64,000 nucleotides of DNA from Anaerotruncus sp. (lineage in GTDB: Bacteria > Bacillota > Clostridia > Oscillospirales > Ruminococcaceae). The stretch's first letter is position 1. Every line of letters begins with the position of its first letter. A model generated the notes under the pieces. That model was given only the letters and a program-made list of their open reading frames with translations. It was not told where the DNA came from and made no database searches. The position numbers and the translations under genes were made by a program. The stretch is from assembly GCA_021770005.1 (NCBI GenBank), contig JAETRV010000006.1, forward strand, positions 4,372 to 68,371, read 5' to 3'. Shown piece by piece: positions 53,079 through 60,513 of this stretch.

Positions 53079-54458
53079 TTAATTCTGGTTGCCGGGGCCC
53101 ATCAGGGCCTCCAGCTCGTTCAGTGGGATGTAGGTGAGATTGGTGGCGGCGTGGGCCTTCTGGCTGGCCTTTTCCAGTTCCTCCAGCAGCCCGTCCACCT
53201 GGGCAGTTTCGGTGTCGTTCTGGGCGTAGGCCCGCAGAGCGGTGATCTTGCGGTAAAGCTCCACCGCCTCGGTGCGGAACCGCTGGAGCGCCCGCACCAC
53301 ATCCCCGTCCGGGGTCTGCTCAAACCGGGCCACAGTATCCACCACCGCCTTGCGGATCTCAGAGATCTTCCCGCCCAGGGGATTCTCGCAGAGGCGGGTC
53401 AGCACCTGGCTGATCTTGGGCAGCTCCTCCGGGCTGGTCCATAGGTAGTTGCGGAGGATGATCAGGTCTGTCCCGATTACCTCATCCCTGCCGCAGAGCC
53501 AGGCGTGGGCCTGGACGATGGGGTAATAGCCGAAATATTTCCGGTCGGAGACATGGACTCCCTGCCGGCGCAGTTCCATGAGGATGTCGTCCATCAGCTC
53601 ATTCACCGCAGCCGGGACACGCACCGAGGAAACCTCCTTCTGCATTTCACAGAGTTCCTCCAGGGTGATGGTGGGCCCGGTAAGAGGGGCCTCCTTGTCC
53701 TCGGCCTGCTTTTTGACCAGCATCGCCAGCCGGGTATTCCGGTCCTCTATGTACTTGACATAGAGCTTCAGCTCCAGCCGGTCGTAGAGGGGCCGGAGGA
53801 TGGACTCAGCGGGGTCGTTGAAATTGGGAATTTCATTGGACGCCGTGAAGAAGGAGATGGTGGGAATGTCCACCGTCACCCCCTCGTTGGTGTACCGCCG
53901 CTCGTTGAGGGCGGTGAGCAGGGAGTTTAAGACCCCATCGCCAGCCTTAAACAGCTCGTCAATGAAGACAATATGGCTCTCTGGGATCTTCCCCTTAGTC
54001 TTGATATGGGGGTCGTTGCCGTGAAGCTCCGCCAGGGCCTTTCGGTAGTCCTGGGTAAGCTGTGCCATTTCCCCCACCTGCCGGAGCCGTTCCGGGGCGG
54101 GGTCGTTGGCTAGGTTTTGCCGGGCATCAGACAACCCCTTTCGCAGGGACTGATAAACGCTGTCCTGCTCCAGAACCTCCTCGGAGACATTTCCGGGGAT
54201 GAGGCTCCCCAGGTCCAGGCGGCCAAAAAGCTGCTCCTCGTCACTCTGCTTGGAGATGAGCCGCTCAAACTGCTTCGCCCCCAGGATGCGGCGGCGGAAC
54301 CGGTTGATGGCGTAGCTTTTGGCCGCGCCGGTATCCCCCAGGATAAAGAGGTTTTTCCTGGTGAGCAGACAAACGGCGATCATGTTGATAAGCTCCCGGC
54401 GTTCGGCCACTTCCTCATTGACAGCACTGATAACAGCGATCATTTTTTCCTTCAGCAT
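53079..54458 (-). CDS. MoxR-like AAA+ ATPase
   Basis: 459 aa. Walker A GDTGAAKS, Walker B IVFIDELFKA, followed by NSLLTALNERRY. Confidence 0.75.
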   Translation of the reverse strand: MLKEKMIAVISAVNEEVAERRELINMIAVCLLTRKNLFILGDTGAAKSYAINRFRRRILGAKQFERLISKQSDEEQLFGRLDLGSLIPGNVSEEVLEQDSVYQSLRKGLSDARQNLANDPAPERLRQVGEMAQLTQDYRKALAELHGNDPHIKTKGKIPESHIVFIDELFKAGDGVLNSLLTALNERRYTNEGVTVDIPTISFFTASNEIPNFNDPAESILRPLYDRLELKLYVKYIEDRNTRLAMLVKKQAEDKEAPLTGPTITLEELCEMQKEVSSVRVPAAVNELMDDILMELRRQGVHVSDRKYFGYYPIVQAHAWLCGRDEVIGTDLIILRNYLWTSPEELPKISQVLTRLCENPLGGKISEIRKAVVDTVARFEQTPDGDVVRALQRFRTEAVELYRKITALRAYAQNDTETAQVDGLLEELEKASQKAHAATNLTYIPLNELEALMGPGNQN

Positions 54459-54766
54459 TTTCCATTCCTCCTAACATACCAGCCCATGACATCACAGATC
54501 TTCCGGCTCTCCTCGATGGCGGCGGCGTCAGACCTGTCCAGGTCCGTCTCCTCGGCCAAGCGGGTAATCAGCAGCGCGGCGATGCGGTAAAGGCCGGTGT
54601 TACTTTCCTCCTCCGAGCCTGCCAGCAGGCAGTCTACAAACCGGTTATAGTTTTCCGGCTGGCTGGCCATAGAACCGGCGAATTTCTTCAGTTCCATGGC
54701 AAGGTTCCCGGCGGAGATAGTACGCTCCGCCCGCTGGGGTCTCAAAACTCTTGTTGTCTCGCGCAT
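54452..54766 (-). CDS. hypothetical protein (104 aa)
   Basis: Tightly packed in the operon: it overlaps the MoxR start by 7 nt and begins 1 nt after the stop of the upstream gene. Confidence 0.45.
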   Translation of the reverse strand: MRETTRVLRPQRAERTISAGNLAMELKKFAGSMASQPENYNRFVDCLLAGSEEESNTGLYRIAALLITRLAEETDLDRSDAAAIEESRKICDVMGWYVRRNGKC

Positions 54767-54767
54767 A

Positions 54768-55145
54768 TTACGCAGCCTCCTTTTTCATTTCCTCGTTGCA
54801 GATCTCAATGACCTCCTGGCACTGGGCCATGGTAAACTGGGCGATATGGGTGCGGTAGTCGGGAAGCTTCATCTTTTTTGCCAGCCAGTGGTAGGCTTCG
54901 CTCCGTTTTAGCCCCTTTTTTCTCCACAGGGGGTCAAAAGCGTTGTGGGCTTCCCGGCGCTTGCTTCTCAGGGCGGCGTTGGCCAGCGTCCCAAGGGGCT
55001 TTTTTGTCCCATCGTGGACGCCCACATAGGCCCCGCAGTTGGTGCAGTAGTAGATGTTCCCATAGCTTTTGCCGTGGTAGACGATAGCGGAATCGGTGAA
55101 GATCACCTTGCCGCCGCAGTAATCGCAGATAGTGGGGATTTTCAT
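54768..55145 (-). CDS. zinc-ribbon protein
   Basis: ORF 54768..55172 trimmed to ATG 55145 (GGAGG upstream). CDYCGG...CTNCGAY has two CxxC pairs. Ends ...KKEAA. Confidence 0.55.
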   Translation of the reverse strand: MKIPTICDYCGGKVIFTDSAIVYHGKSYGNIYYCTNCGAYVGVHDGTKKPLGTLANAALRSKRREAHNAFDPLWRKKGLKRSEAYHWLAKKMKLPDYRTHIAQFTMAQCQEVIEICNEEMKKEAA

Positions 55146-55161
55146 AGAGATGACCTCCTTC

Positions 55162-55758
55162 TTATGCCGCAAGCTGTACCCGCAGCTTTTTCCTTGTCCG
55201 GTAGAGGCAGTTATCTACCGTCTTGGGGTCCATGCCGGAACGCTCCGCGATCTCAGCGTAGGTATGGCCGAAGGAGCGCAGGCGCAGCACATTCCCCTGG
55301 CGGACAGTGACCAGCTTTTTGGTTTTGTCCCACAGCTCGCTGAACTCCGCAGCTTCATAAGCCTCCCCGGATACCGAGGCATCGGAGAGAAAGCGCAGGG
55401 CCGCCTCATAGGCGGAGCTGTCCTGGTTTATCCGGGAGCGGCGGCGGGCCTCCTTTCGGATAAGCCCCAGCAGCTCCCAGCGCATGGCGTTGACCGCCAC
55501 GGTGGTGAAGCTGTATCTCCGTAGCTCCGGGCGTTCATCGTACTGCTGGACCGCCCGCATATACCCGTCCAGGGCGGCATCGTAAATATCCTCCTTCTCC
55601 AAAAAGGAAAAGGGGACTTCTTCGGAAGAACGACAGGCGTTCTTCTGGTTTACCCAGCGGAAGGAGAGGAACCATTTCAGGAGGCTGTAATGCTCCTCCA
55701 TGAAGCTGCTTTGCTCCGGAGTAAAGGGGTGCAGGGTGGTATTGGTTCTTTCACTCAT
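55162..55758 (-). CDS. sigma-70-family (ECF-like) RNA polymerase sigma factor
   Basis: 198 aa. Region 2-like DIYDAALDGYMRAVQQYD; region 4 HTH LRSFGHTYAEIAERSGMDPKTVDNCLYRTRKKL. Confidence 0.7.
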   Translation of the reverse strand: MSERTNTTLHPFTPEQSSFMEEHYSLLKWFLSFRWVNQKNACRSSEEVPFSFLEKEDIYDAALDGYMRAVQQYDERPELRRYSFTTVAVNAMRWELLGLIRKEARRRSRINQDSSAYEAALRFLSDASVSGEAYEAAEFSELWDKTKKLVTVRQGNVLRLRSFGHTYAEIAERSGMDPKTVDNCLYRTRKKLRVQLAA

Positions 55759-55770
55759 GACATTTTCCTC

Positions 55771-56958
55771 CTATGCGGCTTTGGCCGCGGTCTTTTTGGT
55801 TTTGGCGGTCTTTTTCTTGGCGGAAGCCTTTTCCTTCTGCTCCTGCTCTACTTTCGCCTTTTCCACGCGCTTGACCGGCCGTCTGGGGACCAGCATATAC
55901 TTCTCGCTCCCGTTGGCGGCAATCAGCACGCCGTCCTGGGAGACAGACAACGCCAGCATCCCCTCCATGAGGCGGATGCCCTGGAGAAAATCGGACGCCT
56001 TGTAATAGAAACCGGTGTCCCCCGGCATGGCGTTCAGCACCCCTGCCTCCAGCCAGGTGCTGGAGTTGACCCCGTTGGGGCCATCGCAGGAGAGAAAGAG
56101 CTTTTTGTCCAGGGAGAAGCGCAGCTGAAGGCTACTGTATCCATCGGTGGCAGCGGTGACCATCTCCACCGCCTGGCGGAGGGCCTTGGCTTCCACCAGC
56201 GCCCGGTATTTCCCCGGCGTGGCCAGAAGTCCGTCCACATCCAGATAGGGGATCTCCACGATCCGGGAGGTGAAGTACAGGCCCGGCCGGAAGAAAACGG
56301 CGCTGTGGTCCTGTATCCCCAGGTAGACGGTCTCCTTATCCTCCACCAGCCCCGCTAATACACGAAGGGACTTGGCGGGGAGCAGAAGCTCCAGAGCGCC
56401 GCCGCTTTCCGCCTTTTCCCTTGTTTCCACAAGGCGGCTGCCATCGCAGGCAACAGCCTGGACGGAATTGGGGGCGATCTCCAGGCGGACGCATTCCATC
56501 TGCTTCTGTTCGCTTTTCTTGGCGGCGGCAAAGGTGGTGGATCGCTCCAGAGAGGGCAGGCCGGTGAGCCGCACCAGGGTATCCGGCACCGGTATCTTCA
56601 CGCTGGTGAGGATGTCCGGCTTCAAGGTCCCAACGGTGTATTCGGTGTCCCGGCATTTTAGGCGGAGCAGCCCGTTTTTTAGGGACTCCACCGAAACGCG
56701 GTCTCCGCTGGTCAGGCCCAGCATACCGGTGAGCAGCTGGGCGTTGATGATGGCGGAGCCACCGGCCTCCACATCCGCCTGAACCTCGCAGCGGATGGCG
56801 ATCATCAGGTCGGCCCCGAAAAAGGATACCTGCCCGGTGTTTTCATCGGCTTCCACCAGGACACCGGTGAGTTCGGCGATGGGGGAGTTTTCGGGAGCCG
56901 CCTGGGCCGCCTTACGGGCGGCGGAGAGGGCTTGTTTTCTATCAATATGGAATTTCAT
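55771..56958 (-). CDS. dnaN: DNA polymerase III beta-subunit-like sliding clamp (element-encoded) with a Lys/Ala-rich tail
   Basis: 395 aa. MKFHIDRKQALSAARKAAQAAPENSPIAELTGVLVEADENTGQVSFFGADLMIAIRC... has a three-domain clamp-like layout. Confidence 0.65.
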   Translation of the reverse strand: MKFHIDRKQALSAARKAAQAAPENSPIAELTGVLVEADENTGQVSFFGADLMIAIRCEVQADVEAGGSAIINAQLLTGMLGLTSGDRVSVESLKNGLLRLKCRDTEYTVGTLKPDILTSVKIPVPDTLVRLTGLPSLERSTTFAAAKKSEQKQMECVRLEIAPNSVQAVACDGSRLVETREKAESGGALELLLPAKSLRVLAGLVEDKETVYLGIQDHSAVFFRPGLYFTSRIVEIPYLDVDGLLATPGKYRALVEAKALRQAVEMVTAATDGYSSLQLRFSLDKKLFLSCDGPNGVNSSTWLEAGVLNAMPGDTGFYYKASDFLQGIRLMEGMLALSVSQDGVLIAANGSEKYMLVPRRPVKRVEKAKVEQEQKEKASAKKKTAKTKKTAAKAA

Positions 56959-56976
56959 AGATGCCTCCTTTTGGTG

Positions 56977-59900
56977 TTAAGCAGAAATCTGCTCGAAGAA
57001 AGAGAGTTGGTTTTCGTCTGTTTCGGCAGGGGCCTTTTTCCTCCGGCGTGCCAGCTGGCTGTAAGTGATGAAGGTAAGGGGCTGGGTAGGCTCCGTCGGC
57101 TGTTCGGCCACCGGGAGCAGGACCACTGACTTGGGAATCGGCTTCTCCGGGGGCGGCAGTTGCCGCACCTCGCCTTGTGGGTGCAGAAAGGCCATCTTCT
57201 TAAAGACAGCGCCGATATCCTCTACCTCGCTCTTGATCCCCAAAGCCAGCTCCTTGGCCAGCTGGGAGGTCATATCCTGGCAGTTGGACATGGCGGCAAG
57301 GCCCTCATCGGTGATGTTCCCCTCGATGATACCGGCCACCGCCAGCTTGGAGGCCATGAGCTGCATGGCCCGCTCCTGGATGGTGTGCTTGTAGTAGAAG
57401 AAGTACACTTCCACTCTGGGGGCGGTCTGGTTGATCCGCCAGCTGCGGCGGGAGGCTTGGCGCAGGGTGAACAGGTTGTACCCCATGTTATAGAAGATGA
57501 GGGTGGTAAAGGCATTGGCGTCCAGCCCCGTCTCAATAAGGGAGGGGTTGCAGATGAGGACCTCCAGGCCGTTTGCCAGCTGCTTTTCGATCCACCGCTC
57601 CCGCTTGATGGGCTCAATGTTCGCAGGCAGCACGGCGGCGCGGCAGCCCCGTTGGGTCAAAAGCCCCAAGAGCTTTTGCTGGGTGTCGATCCGCACCCAG
57701 CTGGTGTAGATCAGTACCTTTTCCCCCTTCTCCACCTTCTGCCGGACCAGCTCCAGGACTTTCATATCCTTCTGGTGCAGTTCCTCCGGCTGGGCGGTGT
57801 CCATGGGAATCACCAGCGGCCTGCCATCGTAGTCCAGCACCGGCGGGATGCCGTAGGGTTGGTCGGGGTAGACCGTGAGGGTGTTGAGATAGGCAGAAAG
57901 GAGCTTCCTGGCGGTTTTCCGGTCCGAGCGCATCAGGCTTTGGAAGGCTTCGGTGAGGCGTTTATACTCCCGCTCCACCTCCGGGCGCATGGCAAGCCCG
58001 ATGGGAATTTCCTCGTATTCGGGTAGGTCCTTCCCCATATCCATCAGGGAGAGAAAGGCCGTGTTTTCCAGGAGAAAACGGGAGTAGACCAGAGGGGAGA
58101 CCCCCGGCAGCATCCGTTCCCCTTTTTTCGTGCGGGAGGCCCTGCGGTTGGCGTTGTACTTCGCCTCCTTGGCCTCGAAGGTGCTTTCCACCACGCCGTA
58201 CTCATAGCAAAAATGCTTGGGAGCAGCATACGCCTGACCGTCCGCCACCATCTCCGCCGGGGCCAGCCGGAACAAGAGGTGGAAGATGCCGGAGGCATAG
58301 CCGTTGATAAGGGTGGCGGTCATACCCACCACCTTTTTTGCCGTCCCCGCGATCTCCGCCATAGCGTCCCCCTGGCCGCTGTCCTGGGCATACTGGTGAA
58401 GTTCATCCGCAAGGAGGGAGTCGATCTTTCCCTTCATCTTCCGTCTGATGAAGGAGCTGATGGGGAATCGCCGGCAGCCATAGGAGGGATTGTCGAACCT
58501 TTCCGGGTTTTGGGAAAGCTCCCGCAGCGAATCCAGTACCTGGGGCGACCGGGTCTTGTTCTGGTAGGTCCAGAGGAAATCCCGATGGACAAAACCGAAG
58601 CCGCCGATTTTTGCCCATTCGTGAAAACGGGAAGATGGGGCAGCAGCACAAAGAAACTGTTCTGGTTTGCAGAAGGGCTCCCACAGAACGCCGCCGCACT
58701 CTTTGCACTTGTGGTTTTTGCTGTTCTCCCGCAGAAAAAAGGCCGGTTCGGCTGGGACATCATAATGAATCCTGCCTTCGCTGATCTCCTCCATAATAGG
58801 GTTATGGCAGTGTGGACAGAGGAAAGCCTTTTTTCGTCGGTTCCACTGGACAGCGGGGGCCCGCAGATACCCGTCCCTGGCCCGCTCTTTGGAGAGGATA
58901 GCGTAGGCGGTGCGGTCTCCCTTTTCGTAGGCCCGGTAGAGTTTTTTCAGGTCCCGGATGCTGGTGACGATGCCGGCAAAGGCGTCCGGGACTGTTTCCT
59001 CCACCTCCCGCACCCACTTTTCGGTGATGTGGGAGGGGCAGAGGACTACATTGAAGGTCTTTTTCTTTCCGACGGCCAGGTGGCTGGCGGTGAGAGCGGT
59101 GAGGCCGATCTTCGTTTTTCCCACACCACATTCCGCCACCAGCAGGGCGGGCTGGTGTTGATCCAGCCTTCGCTTCAGCCCTTCAGCTGCGGCAAGCTGG
59201 GCATCGTAGAGGGGGTATCCGGCCTTCCGGCGGATGTTGTCGTTGACGGTCAGGACGCTCTGGGAAAGCGCCTCCGATGCCGGGTCGAACAGGGGGACAA
59301 ACTGCCCCTTGATCCGCTGGGCGATGTTGGCCCCGAATTTTTGCAGATACCCGGTGACCGTCTGAATGTCCTCGAAAGCGGCGGCGTTCTCCGGCGTGGA
59401 GCCGGGGATGGAGATGCTACCGCTTTTCAGCCCGTCCTCCACGACCTGGACGATGTTCCTGTCGTCCTTGGTGCAGGTGAGCTGCCAGGCGTCAAACCGC
59501 TTGGTGCGGCTGATGACCTCCAGCTTTCGCAGGATGCTCCGCTCTTGCAACTCCGCCAGCAGGTAGTCCCGGAAATCGGGGATGAGGAGGACGCCGATGC
59601 GCTTGTCGATCTCGCTGAACAGGCGGTCCCTGTCCCCCTGGGGGCAAAAGATGTAGCGTCTCAGCGGCGGGCCCTCCAGTTTCGTCTGCCCTTTCTGGGC
59701 TTTTTCCTGTGCCGCCGGTTCCGGTTCGCTGTCCCGCAGGAACAGGGTAGCCTCGGCGTAGATACCATCGTGGGTAAGCTGCCGCTGGTATTGCTTGGGA
59801 AGGGTGTCCAGCTTTAAGTCCGGCTCCACCTCCACAGTGCCGCCGCCATAGATGGCGTCCGCAAGCCCCCGCACCTTTTCCGGTTCCCCGCCAAAGCGGA

Positions 59901-60024
59901 TGGCCGCCAGCTGGGGGCCATTGTCTCCGGCCGGGTCGTACACGATGGTATCCGCATAGCAGTCGAGCCGAATGCCTCCTTTCTTGTCCTCGTAGGTCAC
60001 TTTCCAAAGTTGTGGCTGGCTCAT
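56977..60024 (-). CDS. SNF2/DEAD-like superfamily-2 helicase with an inserted zinc ribbon and a ~280-aa unknown N-terminal domain
   Basis: 1015 aa. Motif I AECGVGKTK, motif II LADELHQY, zinc ribbon CPHCHNPI...CKECGG, and a helicase-C region ...QASRRSWRINQ. Confidence 0.8.
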   Translation of the reverse strand: MSQPQLWKVTYEDKKGGIRLDCYADTIVYDPAGDNGPQLAAIRFGGEPEKVRGLADAIYGGGTVEVEPDLKLDTLPKQYQRQLTHDGIYAEATLFLRDSEPEPAAQEKAQKGQTKLEGPPLRRYIFCPQGDRDRLFSEIDKRIGVLLIPDFRDYLLAELQERSILRKLEVISRTKRFDAWQLTCTKDDRNIVQVVEDGLKSGSISIPGSTPENAAAFEDIQTVTGYLQKFGANIAQRIKGQFVPLFDPASEALSQSVLTVNDNIRRKAGYPLYDAQLAAAEGLKRRLDQHQPALLVAECGVGKTKIGLTALTASHLAVGKKKTFNVVLCPSHITEKWVREVEETVPDAFAGIVTSIRDLKKLYRAYEKGDRTAYAILSKERARDGYLRAPAVQWNRRKKAFLCPHCHNPIMEEISEGRIHYDVPAEPAFFLRENSKNHKCKECGGVLWEPFCKPEQFLCAAAPSSRFHEWAKIGGFGFVHRDFLWTYQNKTRSPQVLDSLRELSQNPERFDNPSYGCRRFPISSFIRRKMKGKIDSLLADELHQYAQDSGQGDAMAEIAGTAKKVVGMTATLINGYASGIFHLLFRLAPAEMVADGQAYAAPKHFCYEYGVVESTFEAKEAKYNANRRASRTKKGERMLPGVSPLVYSRFLLENTAFLSLMDMGKDLPEYEEIPIGLAMRPEVEREYKRLTEAFQSLMRSDRKTARKLLSAYLNTLTVYPDQPYGIPPVLDYDGRPLVIPMDTAQPEELHQKDMKVLELVRQKVEKGEKVLIYTSWVRIDTQQKLLGLLTQRGCRAAVLPANIEPIKRERWIEKQLANGLEVLICNPSLIETGLDANAFTTLIFYNMGYNLFTLRQASRRSWRINQTAPRVEVYFFYYKHTIQERAMQLMASKLAVAGIIEGNITDEGLAAMSNCQDMTSQLAKELALGIKSEVEDIGAVFKKMAFLHPQGEVRQLPPPEKPIPKSVVLLPVAEQPTEPTQPLTFITYSQLARRRKKAPAETDENQLSFFEQISA

Positions 60025-60060
60025 TTACAATGGTCTTCCTCCTTTTTCTTAAATTCAAAC

Positions 60061-60103
60061 AAGAAAAGACCACAGCCAGGCCCTTGCGGGTTGGCTATGG
60101 TCT
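60061..60103 (-). terminator. intrinsic terminator at the 3' end of leader copy B, about 40 nt before the SNF2 start
   Basis: Minus-strand RNA reads agaccauagccaaccc-gcaa-gggccuggcuguggucu followed by UUUUCUUGUUUG. Confidence 0.65.
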
Positions 60104-60268
60104 TTCTGTTAGGTGTATTCAGGTTTGGTGGACAGGTTACGGCGGGGCGCACTGGCCCCTGGGGTCTTTCGCTCCTACCTTGGGCGGTCTTTGGGGCCGC
60201 GCCACACTCCTACCTAAAATACAGGTCTATTTTAGCACGAGGAGGAGGGGGTTTACACTTGCACTTTT
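60061..60268 (-). promoter_or_regulatory. promoter + ~160-nt structured leader + terminator cassette, copy B
   Basis: Extended -10 TGcTAAAAT (TAAAAT at 60234-60229). Same conserved core as 38163-38376. Confidence 0.65.
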
Positions 60269-60513
60269 CAGAGAATGAGAGGAACAGATGCTATTTCTGT
60301 ATTATGCCTTCCGGTTATATCAATTCATCAAGGATAGGTATTTGACCTACCACGCTGTCGGGTGATAAAATTAAGAAAACACATTGGGAGGGTTTTCCAT
60401 AAAAATAGAGGATATGGGGATTTTTACCGCCTATGGCAAGGAAAACAAATCGGAGGAGCTTCTTTCACAGCTGCGGGAAGCTGGGCGAAAGCTGAAATGA
60501 TGGGGGAAATAAG

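Larger units (their letters stand above)
22680..60270. mobile_element. tRNA-fMet-associated integrative element (decayed). The left end is at the tRNA. The right end is set provisionally at leader copy B, because no attR repeat was found.
   Basis: Integrase/Xis lie next to the tRNA 3' end. Replication and recombination genes are present (primase, SSB, clamp, Rad52-like, SNF2), along with two sigma-like factors and HTH regulators. The host hairpin-module repeats are absent across the whole interval. Confidence 0.6.
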
